Shown here: piece after piece, positions 46,653 to 57,496 of the stretch
Layout: each line of letters opens with the position of its first letter
Position numbering within the stretch: the stretch's first letter is position 1
The notes under the pieces: generated by a model
Told to the model about the DNA's origin: nothing
Database searches by the model: none
What the model saw: only the letters and a program-made list of their open reading frames with translations
Origin: Fidelibacterota bacterium UBA6931
Lineage (GTDB): Bacteria > Fidelibacterota > Marinisomatia > Marinisomatales > S15-B10
Assembly (NCBI GenBank): GCA_002448795.1
Contig: DKAH01000017.1
Coordinates: forward strand, 54,270-118,269
Direction: 5' to 3'
DNA length: 64,000 nt
Program-made: the position numbers and the translations under genes

Positions 46653-47675
46653 TTGACCACACTCCAGGAACTATCTTCATTGGTTGGTGGTGAACTGGTG
46701 GGTGAGCCTGATCTTGAGATAACAGGTGTTTCAGAAGTTCAGAGCGGCGTGCCGGGAACCATCACATTTGTACATATGCCTAAGTATAGGCAGTATCTAG
46801 ATACTACCCAGGCGTCGGCTGTTCTAACCGGAAAAGACGAATCTCTTATGAACGTGAACGGTATTATCGCAAAGAATCCAACCTTGGCATTTTCCAAGAT
46901 TTTGGATTATTTTGCTCCGGAGGCCGGAGACAGTTCAGGCGTTCACGAAACTGCGGTTGTGCACAGCTCGGCGTCACTCGGTAAGGATGTTACGGTTGGT
47001 CCCTTTGCCGTTATTGAGGAAAGGGTGAATATCGGCGACGGCGCCGTAATCGGTCCTCAATGCACTATTGGAAGGCAGTCGACGGTAGGACAAGACAGTA
47101 AATTGAAATCATTGGTCGCAATATATTCTAGCTGTAACATTGGCCGCGACGTGCTGATCCATAGCGGAACAGTCATTGGATGTGATGGCTACGGTTACGC
47201 TACTGAAGGTGGAGCTCATCTCAAGATTCCCCAGATCGGCGGCATTGAAATTGGAGATAATGTGGAAATTGGTGCTAACTGTACCATTGATCGGGGAACC
47301 ATTGGTAATACGGTCATCGGTCAGGGATCTAAACTGGATAACCTTGTACATATCGCACATAATGTGAAAATAGGTAAGGGATGTCTTCTTACTGCTCAGA
47401 CAGCTGTAGCTGGAAGTTCTGTCATTGGCGACTATGTCGCTTTCGGGGGTAAAGCATCTGTGGCGGGACATCTTGAGGTTGGAGACCATGCAAAATTAGC
47501 GGCAAAGAGTGGTGTTACCAAATCACTTCCCGGTGGTGAAGCATATTCTGGAATGCCTGCTCGGAAGATTTCCGAAAAAAACAGACAGGACGCCCAAATT
47601 TCTAGATTGCCAGAGATGGCAGAAAAGCTGAAAGAGTTAGAGAAACGTCTAGATGAATTAAAGCTAGATGATTAA
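46653..47675 (+). CDS. lpxD: UDP-3-O-acylglucosamine N-acyltransferase
   Basis: N-terminal L.EL..LVGGEL.G plus hexapeptide repeats; TTG start. Confidence 0.9.
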   Translation: MTTLQELSSLVGGELVGEPDLEITGVSEVQSGVPGTITFVHMPKYRQYLDTTQASAVLTGKDESLMNVNGIIAKNPTLAFSKILDYFAPEAGDSSGVHETAVVHSSASLGKDVTVGPFAVIEERVNIGDGAVIGPQCTIGRQSTVGQDSKLKSLVAIYSSCNIGRDVLIHSGTVIGCDGYGYATEGGAHLKIPQIGGIEIGDNVEIGANCTIDRGTIGNTVIGQGSKLDNLVHIAHNVKIGKGCLLTAQTAVAGSSVIGDYVAFGGKASVAGHLEVGDHAKLAAKSGVTKSLPGGEAYSGMPARKISEKNRQDAQISRLPEMAEKLKELEKRLDELKLDD

Positions 47676-49062
47676 ACAACAGACGATAAAAGAATCTGTT
47701 TCTTGTTCAGGGATCGGTCTACATACCGGTGTTGACAGCACAATTACCTTCAAACCGAGCGATGAGAATACAGGCATTCGTTTTATCAGAAATGATGTTG
47801 ATGGTTCGCCAGAGATACAGGCGGATATCGATCATGTTGTAGACATTTCACGGGGAACGACCATAGCTCAGAACGGCACACGAATCCACACTGTAGAGCA
47901 TGTATTGGCTGCCTTGGTGGGTCTCGAGATTGACAATATTCTTATCGAACTGACGAACAAGGAACCGCCTGTAATGGATGGAAGCTCCAAAGATTTCGTC
48001 GACGTTCTTCAAAAGGCGAACATCGTTGAGCAGCATCAACCCCGAGAGTATCTGGAGATAGACAAGGCGGTTACGTACAGCGACCCTGCCAAGAAAACTG
48101 ACATTTCTGTACTTCCTTCTGATCGATACCGCCTTACGTGCATTATTGACTACCAGTATCCTTGGCTTGGCACTCAGTATCTAACAATTCATTCAATCAA
48201 CGATTTTCCGACTGAAATCGCGCCCGCCCGGACTTTTAGTTTCCTCAGCGAAGTTGAAGACCTCAGGGAAGCGGGGCTTGTTCAGGGTGGTCGTCTTGAC
48301 AACGCCATCGTTATCATGGACAAAGAAGTAGACATTGATGAAATAAACCGGTTGCGGTCACTTTTTCATATTGAGGAGGATATAGAGATAGGTACAAACG
48401 GTATCCTACATGGTGTGAAGTTGCGGTTCGAGAATGAGCCGGTGCGACACAAGGCGTTGGATGTGATCGGAGATCTGGCCCTTCTTGGGATGCCCATAAA
48501 GGGACATGTTATTGCCGCACGTCCTGGACATGCTGCCAATGTAGAGATCGTGAAAAACATCAAGAAGGAATATGAGAAAAAGATTTTGAAGAAGAAGTAC
48601 CAAGCAAAAGTCTCTTCTGAATTCTTATTCGACATCAATGCAATCAGCAAAATTCTTCCTCACCGGTATCCTTTCCTGCTAATCGACAGGATACTTGATA
48701 TGAAGCCCGGAGAATCACTGAGCGCCATCAAGAATGTTTCTGTGAGCGAACCTTTTTTTCAAGGACACTTTCCCAATCAGCCTGTTATGCCTGGTGTGCT
48801 GATTATTGAAGCGATGGCCCAAGCAGGAAGTTTTATGTTGTTGCATACCGTACCAGATCCTGAAAAAAAACTGATGTATTTCACTGGAATTGAAAAGTCC
48901 AAATTCCGCCGTCAGGTTCTTCCGGGAGATCAAATTCTGTTCAAAATAGATCTCCTCAAACTAAGACTTGGTACCTGCAAGCTCCACGGTATTGCCTATG
49001 TTGATGATAATGTTGTTGCTGAGGCAACATTTATCACAACCATCGGCGATCGAAAGGAGTAA
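47668..49062 (+). CDS. lpxC/fabZ: Bifunctional UDP-3-O-acyl-GlcNAc deacetylase / 3-hydroxyacyl-ACP dehydratase
   Basis: The LpxC N-terminus (GIGLHTG..., HAANVE) is fused to FabZ ([12 protein letters not shown]...FFQGHFP..PVMPGVL). Confidence 0.9.
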   Translation: MIKQQTIKESVSCSGIGLHTGVDSTITFKPSDENTGIRFIRNDVDGSPEIQADIDHVVDISRGTTIAQNGTRIHTVEHVLAALVGLEIDNILIELTNKEPPVMDGSSKDFVDVLQKANIVEQHQPREYLEIDKAVTYSDPAKKTDISVLPSDRYRLTCIIDYQYPWLGTQYLTIHSINDFPTEIAPARTFSFLSEVEDLREAGLVQGGRLDNAIVIMDKEVDIDEINRLRSLFHIEEDIEIGTNGILHGVKLRFENEPVRHKALDVIGDLALLGMPIKGHVIAARPGHAANVEIVKNIKKEYEKKILKKKYQAKVSSEFLFDINAISKILPHRYPFLLIDRILDMKPGESLSAIKNVSVSEPFFQGHFPNQPVMPGVLIIEAMAQAGSFMLLHTVPDPEKKLMYFTGIEKSKFRRQVLPGDQILFKIDLLKLRLGTCKLHGIAYVDDNVVAEATFITTIGDRKE

Positions 49063-49091
49063 TCATTTCTCAAAAAATTCACCCCACCGCG

Positions 49092-49838
49092 GTGGTTGAC
49101 TCCGCCGCCACAATTGGCAATGGTGTGGGAATCGGTGCATACTCTGTCGTGGAAGGGGATGTTGAGGTCGGAGATGGAACATGGGTCGGGAATCACGTCA
49201 ATCTCCGAAATGGCGCTAGGATCGGCAAGCGGTGTAAGGTATTCCACTCAGCTGTAATCGGTGAAATTCCTCAAGACCTGAAATTTGGCGGTGAGGAAAC
49301 CACAGCGGTCGTCGGTGATGATGTAGTCGTGAGGGAGTTTGTGACGGTCAACCGTGGCACTAAAGCGCTCGGCAAAACTGAAATTCGCGATAAAAGCTAT
49401 CTCATGGCCTACGTGCACATTGCCCACGATTGCATGATTGGTGAGAACGTGATTATGGCAAATTCTATTAATCTCGGTGGTCACGTTGAAATTGGCGACT
49501 GGGCGATACTGGGTGGTGCGGTGCAAGTGCATCAGTTCACCAAGATCGGCAGGCACGTTATGATTGGCGGTGGCTTCCGGGTGGTTCAGGATGTTCCTCC
49601 TTTCATCCTTGCTGCTGGTGAACCGCTCAAGTTTTCAGGCATCAACGCCATCGGGCTGCGACGGAGAGGTTTTTCTGGGGGGACTAGGAAGGAGATTAAG
49701 GAGTCATACCGTGTTCTATTCCAAAGGGACAAACATCAGGCTGAAGCGCTGGCGGAAATGATGGAAAATTATCCCTACAGTGCCGAAGTTCAAGAAATCA
49801 TTTCATTTGTCGAAAATAGCGAGCGCGGTCTTATCTAA
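49092..49838 (+). CDS. lpxA: Acyl-ACP--UDP-GlcNAc O-acyltransferase
   Basis: Hexapeptide repeats plus an LpxA C-terminal domain. The conserved IHPTA lies upstream of the first canonical start, so the probable start is ATT at 49065 (see findings). Confidence 0.88.
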   Translation: MVDSAATIGNGVGIGAYSVVEGDVEVGDGTWVGNHVNLRNGARIGKRCKVFHSAVIGEIPQDLKFGGEETTAVVGDDVVVREFVTVNRGTKALGKTEIRDKSYLMAYVHIAHDCMIGENVIMANSINLGGHVEIGDWAILGGAVQVHQFTKIGRHVMIGGGFRVVQDVPPFILAAGEPLKFSGINAIGLRRRGFSGGTRKEIKESYRVLFQRDKHQAEALAEMMENYPYSAEVQEIISFVENSERGLI

Positions 49839-50535
49839 GACCACGGTATTCTATCTCTTCCTCAGCTATGCCTTGCCGCTATTTGGGCAACGGCCGAACT
49901 ACAAATTTAATTGGACTGCCGAGAGCTACAAGGCAGAGGCGGCCCCCTTTTTCAATCAGTTGACGCTCCAAAGCGGTCCCATTCTCCAAGTAGGTCATGG
50001 CCGTGAGGGGAGAACATCTCTTAAGGCCACTGTCAGTTCAGGACTATCAAAAGCAACGGGGACAATTCCGCTCTTTTCCGGTTTATACCGTTTTTCAGAA
50101 AATCTCTGGCTAGGGGGACTCATTTCAGGTTACAGGGCAGGAGGCGATGTGATTATTCTGTCTGGATACGCCGCAGAAATACTTCCTGTTGAACCTTCCG
50201 AAGAAGGATCATCATGGTCGGTGGAAGTGAGCCGAAGAGCGGTTGAAGGTGCCGAGGATTTTAATTTCAAAACTGTTGGTGTAGTACTGTCCAGAAGAAT
50301 AAATTTTCACGGCGCTCAATTCTACTACGGGTTAGGATTTGCCTTTTTTGATGTTATTTTTCATGGTTCTTCAGTGGCTGTTGAAGGTATTCCCCAACAA
50401 CTCGAAGGCCAGGTTAATCTGCTGTCGGGTGGAGTAGAACGATCGCTAGGCGAACACGTCGTCGGTTTGACAGCAAGAACCAGCAATAAAGGCGCATCTG
50501 TGATGATACACTTAAGCAAGTTAATCAACGAATGA
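49780..50535 (+). CDS. Hypothetical secreted protein, possibly a small beta-barrel, inserted between lpxA and dxr
   Basis: Signal-like TTVFYLFLSYALPLFGQ. TTG at 49807 is a possible start, and the ATGA overlaps dxr. Confidence 0.5.
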   Translation: MPKFKKSFHLSKIASAVLSKTTVFYLFLSYALPLFGQRPNYKFNWTAESYKAEAAPFFNQLTLQSGPILQVGHGREGRTSLKATVSSGLSKATGTIPLFSGLYRFSENLWLGGLISGYRAGGDVIILSGYAAEILPVEPSEEGSSWSVEVSRRAVEGAEDFNFKTVGVVLSRRINFHGAQFYYGLGFAFFDVIFHGSSVAVEGIPQQLEGQVNLLSGGVERSLGEHVVGLTARTSNKGASVMIHLSKLINE

Positions 50536-51698
50536 GACGATCCGTCGGAATATTGGGGTCCACAGGCTCCATCGGCGTAAACGCCTTGGAGGTGTTGCGA
50601 CACCACCGCGACCGCTTCTCAATTAAATATCTTTCAGCTAAATCCAATTCCGAGAGACTAATAAATCAGGCGATTGACATCAAGCCGGAGGTGGTTGCTA
50701 TCATTGATGCGAGAGCGGCAGAATCGGTACGTGATGCACTGAAGGATCATTCTGTAGAAGTATTGGCAGGCAGAGATGGTCTGCTCGAATTGGCATCTCG
50801 GAATGATGTGGACATCTGCCTTAACGCACTTGTAGGTAGCGCTGGGATGGAACCGACCGTGAGAGCGATGGAAGCGGGAGTGGATGTTGCGCTGAGTAAC
50901 AAGGAAAGTCTTGTTATGGCCGGAGGCATTATCACGGAAATTATTGAGAGGAAAGGGGTCAAGCTCATCCCAGTCGATAGCGAACATAGCGCTATTTTCC
51001 AATGTCTAACGGGAGAGGAAAATGCCTCTGTCAAACGTCTCATCCTCACTGGTTCAGGCGGCCCGTTCCGGGATAGATCGATCGATCTATTCTCAACCGT
51101 TACCGTTGATGAAGCCCTAGCTCATCCCAACTGGGAAATGGGGAGAAAAATCACCATCGATTCGGCAACCATGATGAACAAAGGATTAGAGGTTATCGAA
51201 GCATATTGGCTATTTAAACTATCCGTAGATAAGATTGATATCGTGATTCATCCCCAATCGATCATTCACAGTATGGTTGAATTCATTGACGGGTCGGTGA
51301 AAGCTCAGCTTGGCTATCCCGATATGAAAATTCCAATTCAGTACGCTTTGACCTATCCTGAAAGACTTGAATCGGACTGGGAGCAGTTCGTCCCGGCGGA
51401 GCTTTCCGACATTACGTTTGAAGAACCGGATTTGGAGAAATTCCCATCTATACGACTGGCGTATGAAACGCTTGCGCGAGGTGGGACAGCCCCGGCCGCA
51501 CTTAACGTTGCCAATGATCACACCGTAGAGTTGTTTCTGAGCGGAACCATTGCCTTCCCGCAGATTTTGGAGATCAACGAGGCAGCAGTGACGTCCCATA
51601 ACTGGGTAGAAAATCCGGATATTTCAGATATTCTGGAACTTGAACGCTGGGGGAGGAGTTTTGTAGAATCAAACATTGAGGAAACAGTGATAGCATGA
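50532..51698 (+). CDS. dxr: 1-deoxy-D-xylulose 5-phosphate reductoisomerase
   Basis: ILGSTGSIG, SNKESLV and PVDSEHSAIFQC motifs. Confidence 0.92.
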   Translation: MRRSVGILGSTGSIGVNALEVLRHHRDRFSIKYLSAKSNSERLINQAIDIKPEVVAIIDARAAESVRDALKDHSVEVLAGRDGLLELASRNDVDICLNALVGSAGMEPTVRAMEAGVDVALSNKESLVMAGGIITEIIERKGVKLIPVDSEHSAIFQCLTGEENASVKRLILTGSGGPFRDRSIDLFSTVTVDEALAHPNWEMGRKITIDSATMMNKGLEVIEAYWLFKLSVDKIDIVIHPQSIIHSMVEFIDGSVKAQLGYPDMKIPIQYALTYPERLESDWEQFVPAELSDITFEEPDLEKFPSIRLAYETLARGGTAPAALNVANDHTVELFLSGTIAFPQILEINEAAVTSHNWVENPDISDILELERWGRSFVESNIEETVIA

Positions 51699-52870
51699 CA
51701 ACAATCCTTGCAATGATTTTCGTATTAGGTATTCTGATTTTTGTCCATGAACTCGGGCACTTTATGGCGGCCCGTTCCATTGGTGTCAGGGTAGAGCGTT
51801 TCTCCCTTGGTTATCCGCCGAGATTTATATCGTTTACTCCTACACCCGAAGGCCTCCTGTTTAAGCTTTTTTTCTACAGATGGGGTGAATCCCGAAAGCC
51901 AGTATGGGGGCCGATTGTTGAGAAGTTGATCTCAGCTCCTCGGCTAAAAGCCTCCAACACTGAGTACTGTCTCGCCATTATCCCGTTGGGCGGCTACGTG
52001 AAAGTGGCCGGATATGTGGATGAGAGTCTCGATGTTGAGATAACTGGCGATCCTGACGAACTTAACTCCAAGAATCGGCTGCAGCAGATCTGGTTCATGT
52101 CTGCGGGCGTCATTATGAACATTTTGCTGGCGGTGATTTTCTTTGCCGGTATCACCAAATATTCCGGCATCCCAGAGAGAACGGGCGAACCGGTGGTAAT
52201 GGATGTTTCACCGGGATTCCCCGCCGCTGAGGCGGGCATTGAACCGGGAGACCGTGTTGTTTCAGTACAGTCGAAACGGATCAACGAATGGGGCGACCTA
52301 ACAGAAATCATTCACGCCAGTCCCAATGAAGAGATCAACGTAGTCTGGATGAGAGACGGACAGACTCAGTCGGCATTGATGAAAACTAGGGTGGGACCTA
52401 TTCCGGATGGAGACAGCATTAAAGAAGTCGGTCTCATTGGAGTCGCCGGTGGCTACACCATCCGGCAAGCGACCATCGGTGAATCAATTGTTAATGGGAT
52501 GGAGAGGACCGGCTACTGGTACGGGATGATTGTTAGATCCCTATCGATGATTGTTAAAGGGGAAGCATCTATGAAGGACATCGGAGGCCCCATACTGATT
52601 GCCCAACTGGCGGGGGAATCAGCTCGCGCGGGAATGATTGCCTTGCTCTCCTTTACTGCCATCATCAGCGTTAACCTAGCGTTTATTAACATTCTCCCTA
52701 TTCCCGGTCTTGATGGCGGACATATTCTTATCGTCACACTGGAAGGTATCGCGAGGCGTCATTTTTCGCTGAAAGTTCGGATGGCCATCCAGCAGGCGGG
52801 GATGGCTCTGTTGCTATTGCTTATTATTGTCGTACTTTATAATGATCTGACGCGATTATTCACCAATTAA
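51695..52870 (+). CDS. rseP: RIP site-2 metalloprotease (M50), RseP-like
   Basis: HELGHF, one PDZ-like region and LNILPIPGLDGGH. Confidence 0.88.
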   Translation: MTTILAMIFVLGILIFVHELGHFMAARSIGVRVERFSLGYPPRFISFTPTPEGLLFKLFFYRWGESRKPVWGPIVEKLISAPRLKASNTEYCLAIIPLGGYVKVAGYVDESLDVEITGDPDELNSKNRLQQIWFMSAGVIMNILLAVIFFAGITKYSGIPERTGEPVVMDVSPGFPAAEAGIEPGDRVVSVQSKRINEWGDLTEIIHASPNEEINVVWMRDGQTQSALMKTRVGPIPDGDSIKEVGLIGVAGGYTIRQATIGESIVNGMERTGYWYGMIVRSLSMIVKGEASMKDIGGPILIAQLAGESARAGMIALLSFTAIISVNLAFINILPIPGLDGGHILIVTLEGIARRHFSLKVRMAIQQAGMALLLLLIIVVLYNDLTRLFTN

Positions 52871-53577
52871 GGTGAGTGCTCCGTCAGTTTCATAACCAGA
52901 GAACCGAACCTCGCCTTAGAGATGATCATAACCGGCAGTCGATGCTGGTCATCACTGATCCAAACTTTCATATCACCTTTGTTCTTGAACAGGGCGCGCC
53001 CTTCCCTGAATGGCTCCACCACAAAGCAGTCATATTGGCCCGCCGCTACCTTGACAATCTCCTTTCTATGAACAATCATTTTCAGATCGGTGAACCGGTA
53101 GTTGTCAAAAATAGTGAAACTGAATAGGCCTCCTACTTTCAAGGGGAGAGTCCTTAAGTAATAGAAGAACGAATAGGGGTCTCTTGCTTCATCCTTCATG
53201 GGGATTGAAGTTCGGTTAGTCGTCACGGTGCCGGCATTGTAATCAAAATCGGCAGTCAAATCCTGAGCGTAGGCTCCCTCGCGAATAACTTTCTTCAGTT
53301 TCCTCGTAGCAAGTCCCTTAGTGTCAATCCAGCTCTTCACCGTATCCCGGATGGGAAAGATCTGGTCCCAAAGTGAATTGGTTTTCATTTGGAAAGTGAT
53401 AAGGTATAATGATGTTCCATTTGTTTCTAGATTTTCATCGATTTCCAGACTTGCGTCTCCCGCGGCCAAGATATTCAGACTCACTTCGTAATTGAGGGTT
53501 TCACTGGCCGTAAAGGGATAAGATTGACCAAGGATCAGAGATCCGTGAAGTGCAAGCGAGAGAAGGATTGTTTTCAC
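52867..53577 (-). CDS. DUF3108-like secreted protein
   Basis: Signal peptide; the size and pattern resemble DUF3108. This is a recollection-based call. Confidence 0.5.
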   Translation of the reverse strand: MKTILLSLALHGSLILGQSYPFTASETLNYEVSLNILAAGDASLEIDENLETNGTSLYLITFQMKTNSLWDQIFPIRDTVKSWIDTKGLATRKLKKVIREGAYAQDLTADFDYNAGTVTTNRTSIPMKDEARDPYSFFYYLRTLPLKVGGLFSFTIFDNYRFTDLKMIVHRKEIVKVAAGQYDCFVVEPFREGRALFKNKGDMKVWISDDQHRLPVMIISKARFGSLVMKLTEHSP

Positions 53578-54164
53578 CGCAATTTTTCGATGGGGTCTCT
53601 TGTAAGATTGTAGATTGTTGAACCGCTGGAGGGGTGGAGAGTTCCTGCATCGATAATCAGCTGGATCTCTTCAGGGAACTGTTCGGCAATCTGAATGGGA
53701 TCGTTCATAGCCGATTCGCCCGAACGATTTACGCTTGTTGAGGTAATCGGCCTTCCCAGTTGGCGCACCAGATTGGTAGAGATAGAATGATCGGGAATTC
53801 GCATTCCGATTGAACGGTCATCTCCAAGGAGATCTGGCGCCAATGTCTCGGCTGCCTCAGGGAGAATGAGTGTAACAGAGCCGGGCAAATTCTGTGTAAC
53901 AAATGTGGCATGATTTTTCGGGATTACACAATACTGCTCCAACATTTTGTGATCGCTCACGGCGATGCTCCATGGTCCAGAACGCCCTTTGATTTGAGAA
54001 ACTTTCTGGACGGCCGAAGTGTTCAGAGCGTCAGCACCCAAACCGTAGAGAGTGTCAGTGGGGTAGGCAACAATCCCGCCATTATTTAGCACGTCAGCGG
54101 CCTCAGCTAACGCTTCGGAAGATAATGCGGAGATTATCTTTACTTCTTCGGGATGGATTTCCAT
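53574..54164 (-). CDS. tsaC: L-threonylcarbamoyladenylate synthase (YrdC/Sua5 family)
   Basis: YPTDTLYGLGADA and SVN.SGE motifs. Confidence 0.85.
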   Translation of the reverse strand: MEIHPEEVKIISALSSEALAEAADVLNNGGIVAYPTDTLYGLGADALNTSAVQKVSQIKGRSGPWSIAVSDHKMLEQYCVIPKNHATFVTQNLPGSVTLILPEAAETLAPDLLGDDRSIGMRIPDHSISTNLVRQLGRPITSTSVNRSGESAMNDPIQIAEQFPEEIQLIIDAGTLHPSSGSTIYNLTRDPIEKLR

Positions 54165-54991
54165 CTCCTGTGGAACCAGAAATACTGAGCAGGTCGCTTC
54201 ATCACTTCTGATTCGAGAAGGGAGGTGAACCTCTCCATGACTGTTTCTCCGCCGTCATTGGGCAATCTGTCGAATTTCAATTCATAATCGCCTGCCGGCT
54301 TCCGATAGCAGAAAGCGGTGATCACCATCGCTCCTGTCTTTTTGTTGAAGACTGCGGGCCCTCGTGGCGAGGAGGTGGGGCGTCCGAAAAAGTGAACAAA
54401 CTCACCTCGCTTTCCGGCGTTCTGATCACTGGCAAGGATCAGTATCTTTCCCTCGCGAAGGGCGTCAATCATCGCTGAAGGGTCGGTGGATGGAGGTATG
54501 GGAGAAGTGCCAGTTTGCTGTCGGTTCTCTGTGAAAAAAAGATCGGCCCCCCGATTAGACTGGCGCTGTGCTACTGTCATTATTTCATAACCATGGAACG
54601 ATAACCAGGGGGGGATTAGCTCCCAGTTTCCGAAATGTCCCGCCATAAGTATCACTCCCCGATTGGCGTTGTAGGCGGACGCAAGTTTCTCTTCACCCTT
54701 TACCGTTATTCGGCCATTTGTCAAAATAACATTAGCGCAGAGTGCATCGAGAAACATGATACCGAAATGATGATGTAACTGTCGCAAAGTTGTTTTGCGG
54801 AACTGACGAGTTGAGTCAGGGAAGGCAATCTCTAAATTCAGGATCGCTTCATTCTGGCGCACTTTCAATCGATGAAAAGCAAGGGAGCCAATTCTCTCAC
54901 CGACACGAATCCTTTCTCGATTAGACAATCGGCCGAGCCACCGATAGAAAAGTTTCAGAGTGAAGTATGTGAGTTGGTGAGTGATTGACAT
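54140..54991 (-). CDS. Lipid A biosynthesis (LpxL/HtrB-family) lysophospholipid acyltransferase
   Basis: MAGHFGNWE motif; about 280 aa. Confidence 0.8.
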   Translation of the reverse strand: MSITHQLTYFTLKLFYRWLGRLSNRERIRVGERIGSLAFHRLKVRQNEAILNLEIAFPDSTRQFRKTTLRQLHHHFGIMFLDALCANVILTNGRITVKGEEKLASAYNANRGVILMAGHFGNWELIPPWLSFHGYEIMTVAQRQSNRGADLFFTENRQQTGTSPIPPSTDPSAMIDALREGKILILASDQNAGKRGEFVHFFGRPTSSPRGPAVFNKKTGAMVITAFCYRKPAGDYELKFDRLPNDGGETVMERFTSLLESEVMKRPAQYFWFHRRWKSIPKK

Positions 54992-55116
54992 GGAGCAACA
55001 GTGGCCAATTTATCCGACGTCACCGCAGTCAACCAAACGGTTTCACGATGATTGTTTGCTGCAGCCTACAAGCAAAGTCGTTGGCTATTGGCGGAGGTAA
55101 AAGTAATTTTGATACG

Positions 55117-56472
55117 ATGAAACTCCGCTTTCTTTCACTTCTGCTCTCTCTAATTGCAACATCAGTCACAGCTGAAGTTGTCTATCGTGTTCCAATTCAG
55201 CGGACCATTGATTTGGGGCTTCCTCCTTTTATCCAGCGTGCTGTTGAGCAGGCGGAATCTGAAGGGGCGGACGCGATCGTTTTTGATATCGATACTTTTG
55301 GGGGAAGGGTGGACGGCGCCACTCAGATAAAAGACGCAATTCTTGATTCCAAGGTTTTGACTGTGGCTTTTATCAACCGCCGTGCAATTTCAGCAGGAGC
55401 ACTTATTTCTCTTTCCTGTGAAAAAATTTACATGACCGATGGTGGAACCATTGGTGCAGCCACCGCCGTTGACATGTCAGGAAAAAAAGGGAGCGAAAAG
55501 GTTATTTCTTACATGAGAGAGGAGATGGCGTCAACTGCTGAGAGTCGTGGCCGGAGTGAAGAGATCGCCCGTGGAATGGTGGATGAAGAACTGAAGTTTA
55601 CGCATCTAGTGGTAGATGAGGATTCCGTTGAGGTAACCGACATTGAAGGGCGGAAGGAAGGGAAACTGATTTCGCTGACGACTTCTCTCGCCTTGAAGTA
55701 TGGTATTGCCGACGGCGCTACGGAGACCTTTGAAGAGGTGCTGGATGAACTCGATCTTTCAAATGCGGAGGTAATAGATCTTCGTGTGAACTGGTCTGAA
55801 AAGCTGGTCCGTTTCCTTACGGACCCAACGGTCAGCTCACTCCTGATGACTCTCGGTTTCCTTGGTCTTTTGTTTGAAATCCAGTCTCCAGGATGGGGTG
55901 TTCCAGGGACGGTGGGAATTGTCCTACTTAGCCTTTTCTTTGGCTCCACCATTCTAACGGAACTGGCAACTATGACAGAACTGCTGATCATTGGTGTCGG
56001 GGTGGCTCTCCTTTTAGTGGAGGTGCTGGTGATCCCTGGATTCGGATTCGTTGGGATTTTAGGCGGGGTCACGATCATGGGCGGTCTCTTTATGATGCTC
56101 TTACCGGCGCACCCCATGCCCGGCGACATCTCTGCCGCTTCTTGGGGATTTACCATCTCCATTATTGGTGGTTTTGTGGCCCTCTATCTTTTGGCAAGGG
56201 CCCTGATCAAGACCGAGTTCTGGAAAAAGATTACGCTCCCTTTCAGCGAGAAAAGCTCTGAAGGATACAGCACCTCCTTAGGGCTCGAAAATCTGGTGGG
56301 CAAGAGAGGTTCAGCTGCATCCGACCTACGTCCTTCCGGTTGGGCCATTGTTAGGGAGGAAAAGATTTTTGTTGTTTCGGAAGGGGAGTTTGTCGAGAGT
56401 GGGGAGAACATAAAAATTCTTTCGGTTGAAGGTAACCGAATAGTAGTCAGAAAAATCAACAACGAGGAGTAG
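55117..56472 (+). CDS. NfeD-family membrane-bound ClpP-class serine protease
   Basis: An ATG at 55117 gives the signal peptide [19 protein letters not shown]. Also [15 protein letters not shown], central TM segments and a C-terminal OB-like NfeD domain. Confidence 0.8.
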   Translation: MKLRFLSLLLSLIATSVTAEVVYRVPIQRTIDLGLPPFIQRAVEQAESEGADAIVFDIDTFGGRVDGATQIKDAILDSKVLTVAFINRRAISAGALISLSCEKIYMTDGGTIGAATAVDMSGKKGSEKVISYMREEMASTAESRGRSEEIARGMVDEELKFTHLVVDEDSVEVTDIEGRKEGKLISLTTSLALKYGIADGATETFEEVLDELDLSNAEVIDLRVNWSEKLVRFLTDPTVSSLLMTLGFLGLLFEIQSPGWGVPGTVGIVLLSLFFGSTILTELATMTELLIIGVGVALLLVEVLVIPGFGFVGILGGVTIMGGLFMMLLPAHPMPGDISAASWGFTISIIGGFVALYLLARALIKTEFWKKITLPFSEKSSEGYSTSLGLENLVGKRGSAASDLRPSGWAIVREEKIFVVSEGEFVESGENIKILSVEGNRIVVRKINNEE

Positions 56473-56480
56473 GAGGTAAT

Positions 56481-57488
56481 ATGGTAACACCTTTGGTTCT
56501 GTTAGGCATAATTGTATTTGCCCTATTAATCATCTTTTATTTTGTTCCCCTTGGTCTCTGGATTCAGGGAATTGTTTCGGTGGGAGTCGGGAAGATTACC
56601 ATTATAGATCTAATCCGGATGCGATTGCGGAAAATACCACCAAGAGTTATGGTTGACTCGATCATCAACCTCCATAAGGCCGGACTAGAGAATATTTCGA
56701 CAGGAATGGTGGAGACGCACTTTCTTGCAGGTGGGAATGTGCCAAATGTTTCCATTGCCCTAATTGCTTCGGATAAGGCGCGGATACCCCTTGACTTTTC
56801 TACGTGTACGGCCATCGACCTCGCTGGTCGAGATGTGAAAGGGGCAGTGGAGACTTCTGTCTATCCCAAGGTGATTGACGCCCCGGTGAATGGTACGCTG
56901 GCCGCCGTTGCAAAGGATGGCATCGAAGTGAAAGCTCGTGCCCGTGTCACCGTAAGAACAAACATTCCCGGATTGGTGGGTGGCGCCACTGATGAGACAA
57001 TAATCGCCCGTGTAGGTGAAGGAATTGTCAGTGCCATTGGTTCATCCGATTCGTACAAAAAAGTGTTGGAGAACCCCGATTACATTTCCAAGTTTGTTCT
57101 TGAGAAAGGGTTAGACGCTGGCACTGCATTTGAGATTCTCAGTATTGATATAGCCGATGTGGATGTCGGTAAAAACGTGGGAGCACATCTTCAAGCTGAC
57201 CAGGCCGAGGCCGATTTGAGAGTCGCTCAGGCCAGAGCTGAAACGCGCCGCGCCATGGCTGTTGCCCAGGAACAAGAGATGACCGCCAAAGTTGCGGAGA
57301 TGCGGGCAAAGGTTGTGGAGGCCGAAGCCGAAGTACCGCAAGCGATGGCCCAGGCTTTCCGTGAAGGAAATCTCGGAATCATGGATTATTACTCCATGAA
57401 GAACATCCAGTCCGACACAGGAATGAGAGATGCCATCTCCGGCCAAGGTGAAGAAGGCCCGGATACATCTCAGGGTAACGACGGATAA
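56481..57488 (+). CDS. floA: Flotillin-like protein FloA (SPFH, YqfA family)
   Basis: N-terminal hairpin [34 protein letters not shown] and a C-terminal EA-rich coiled coil. Confidence 0.88.
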   Translation: MVTPLVLLGIIVFALLIIFYFVPLGLWIQGIVSVGVGKITIIDLIRMRLRKIPPRVMVDSIINLHKAGLENISTGMVETHFLAGGNVPNVSIALIASDKARIPLDFSTCTAIDLAGRDVKGAVETSVYPKVIDAPVNGTLAAVAKDGIEVKARARVTVRTNIPGLVGGATDETIIARVGEGIVSAIGSSDSYKKVLENPDYISKFVLEKGLDAGTAFEILSIDIADVDVGKNVGAHLQADQAEADLRVAQARAETRRAMAVAQEQEMTAKVAEMRAKVVEAEAEVPQAMAQAFREGNLGIMDYYSMKNIQSDTGMRDAISGQGEEGPDTSQGNDG

Positions 57489-57496
57489 TAGTATAA

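Noticed and set aside
54985-55116. 44-codon N-terminal extension of nfeD overlapping the acyltransferase start
   Set aside because: The extension is basic and non-hydrophobic. The ATG at 55117 yields a signal peptide and removes the divergent overlap.
55509-56162. 217-aa - strand ORF inside the nfeD gene
   Set aside because: Its S/T/P/R-rich low-complexity translation comes from the reverse frame of a well-supported gene, and it has no start context.
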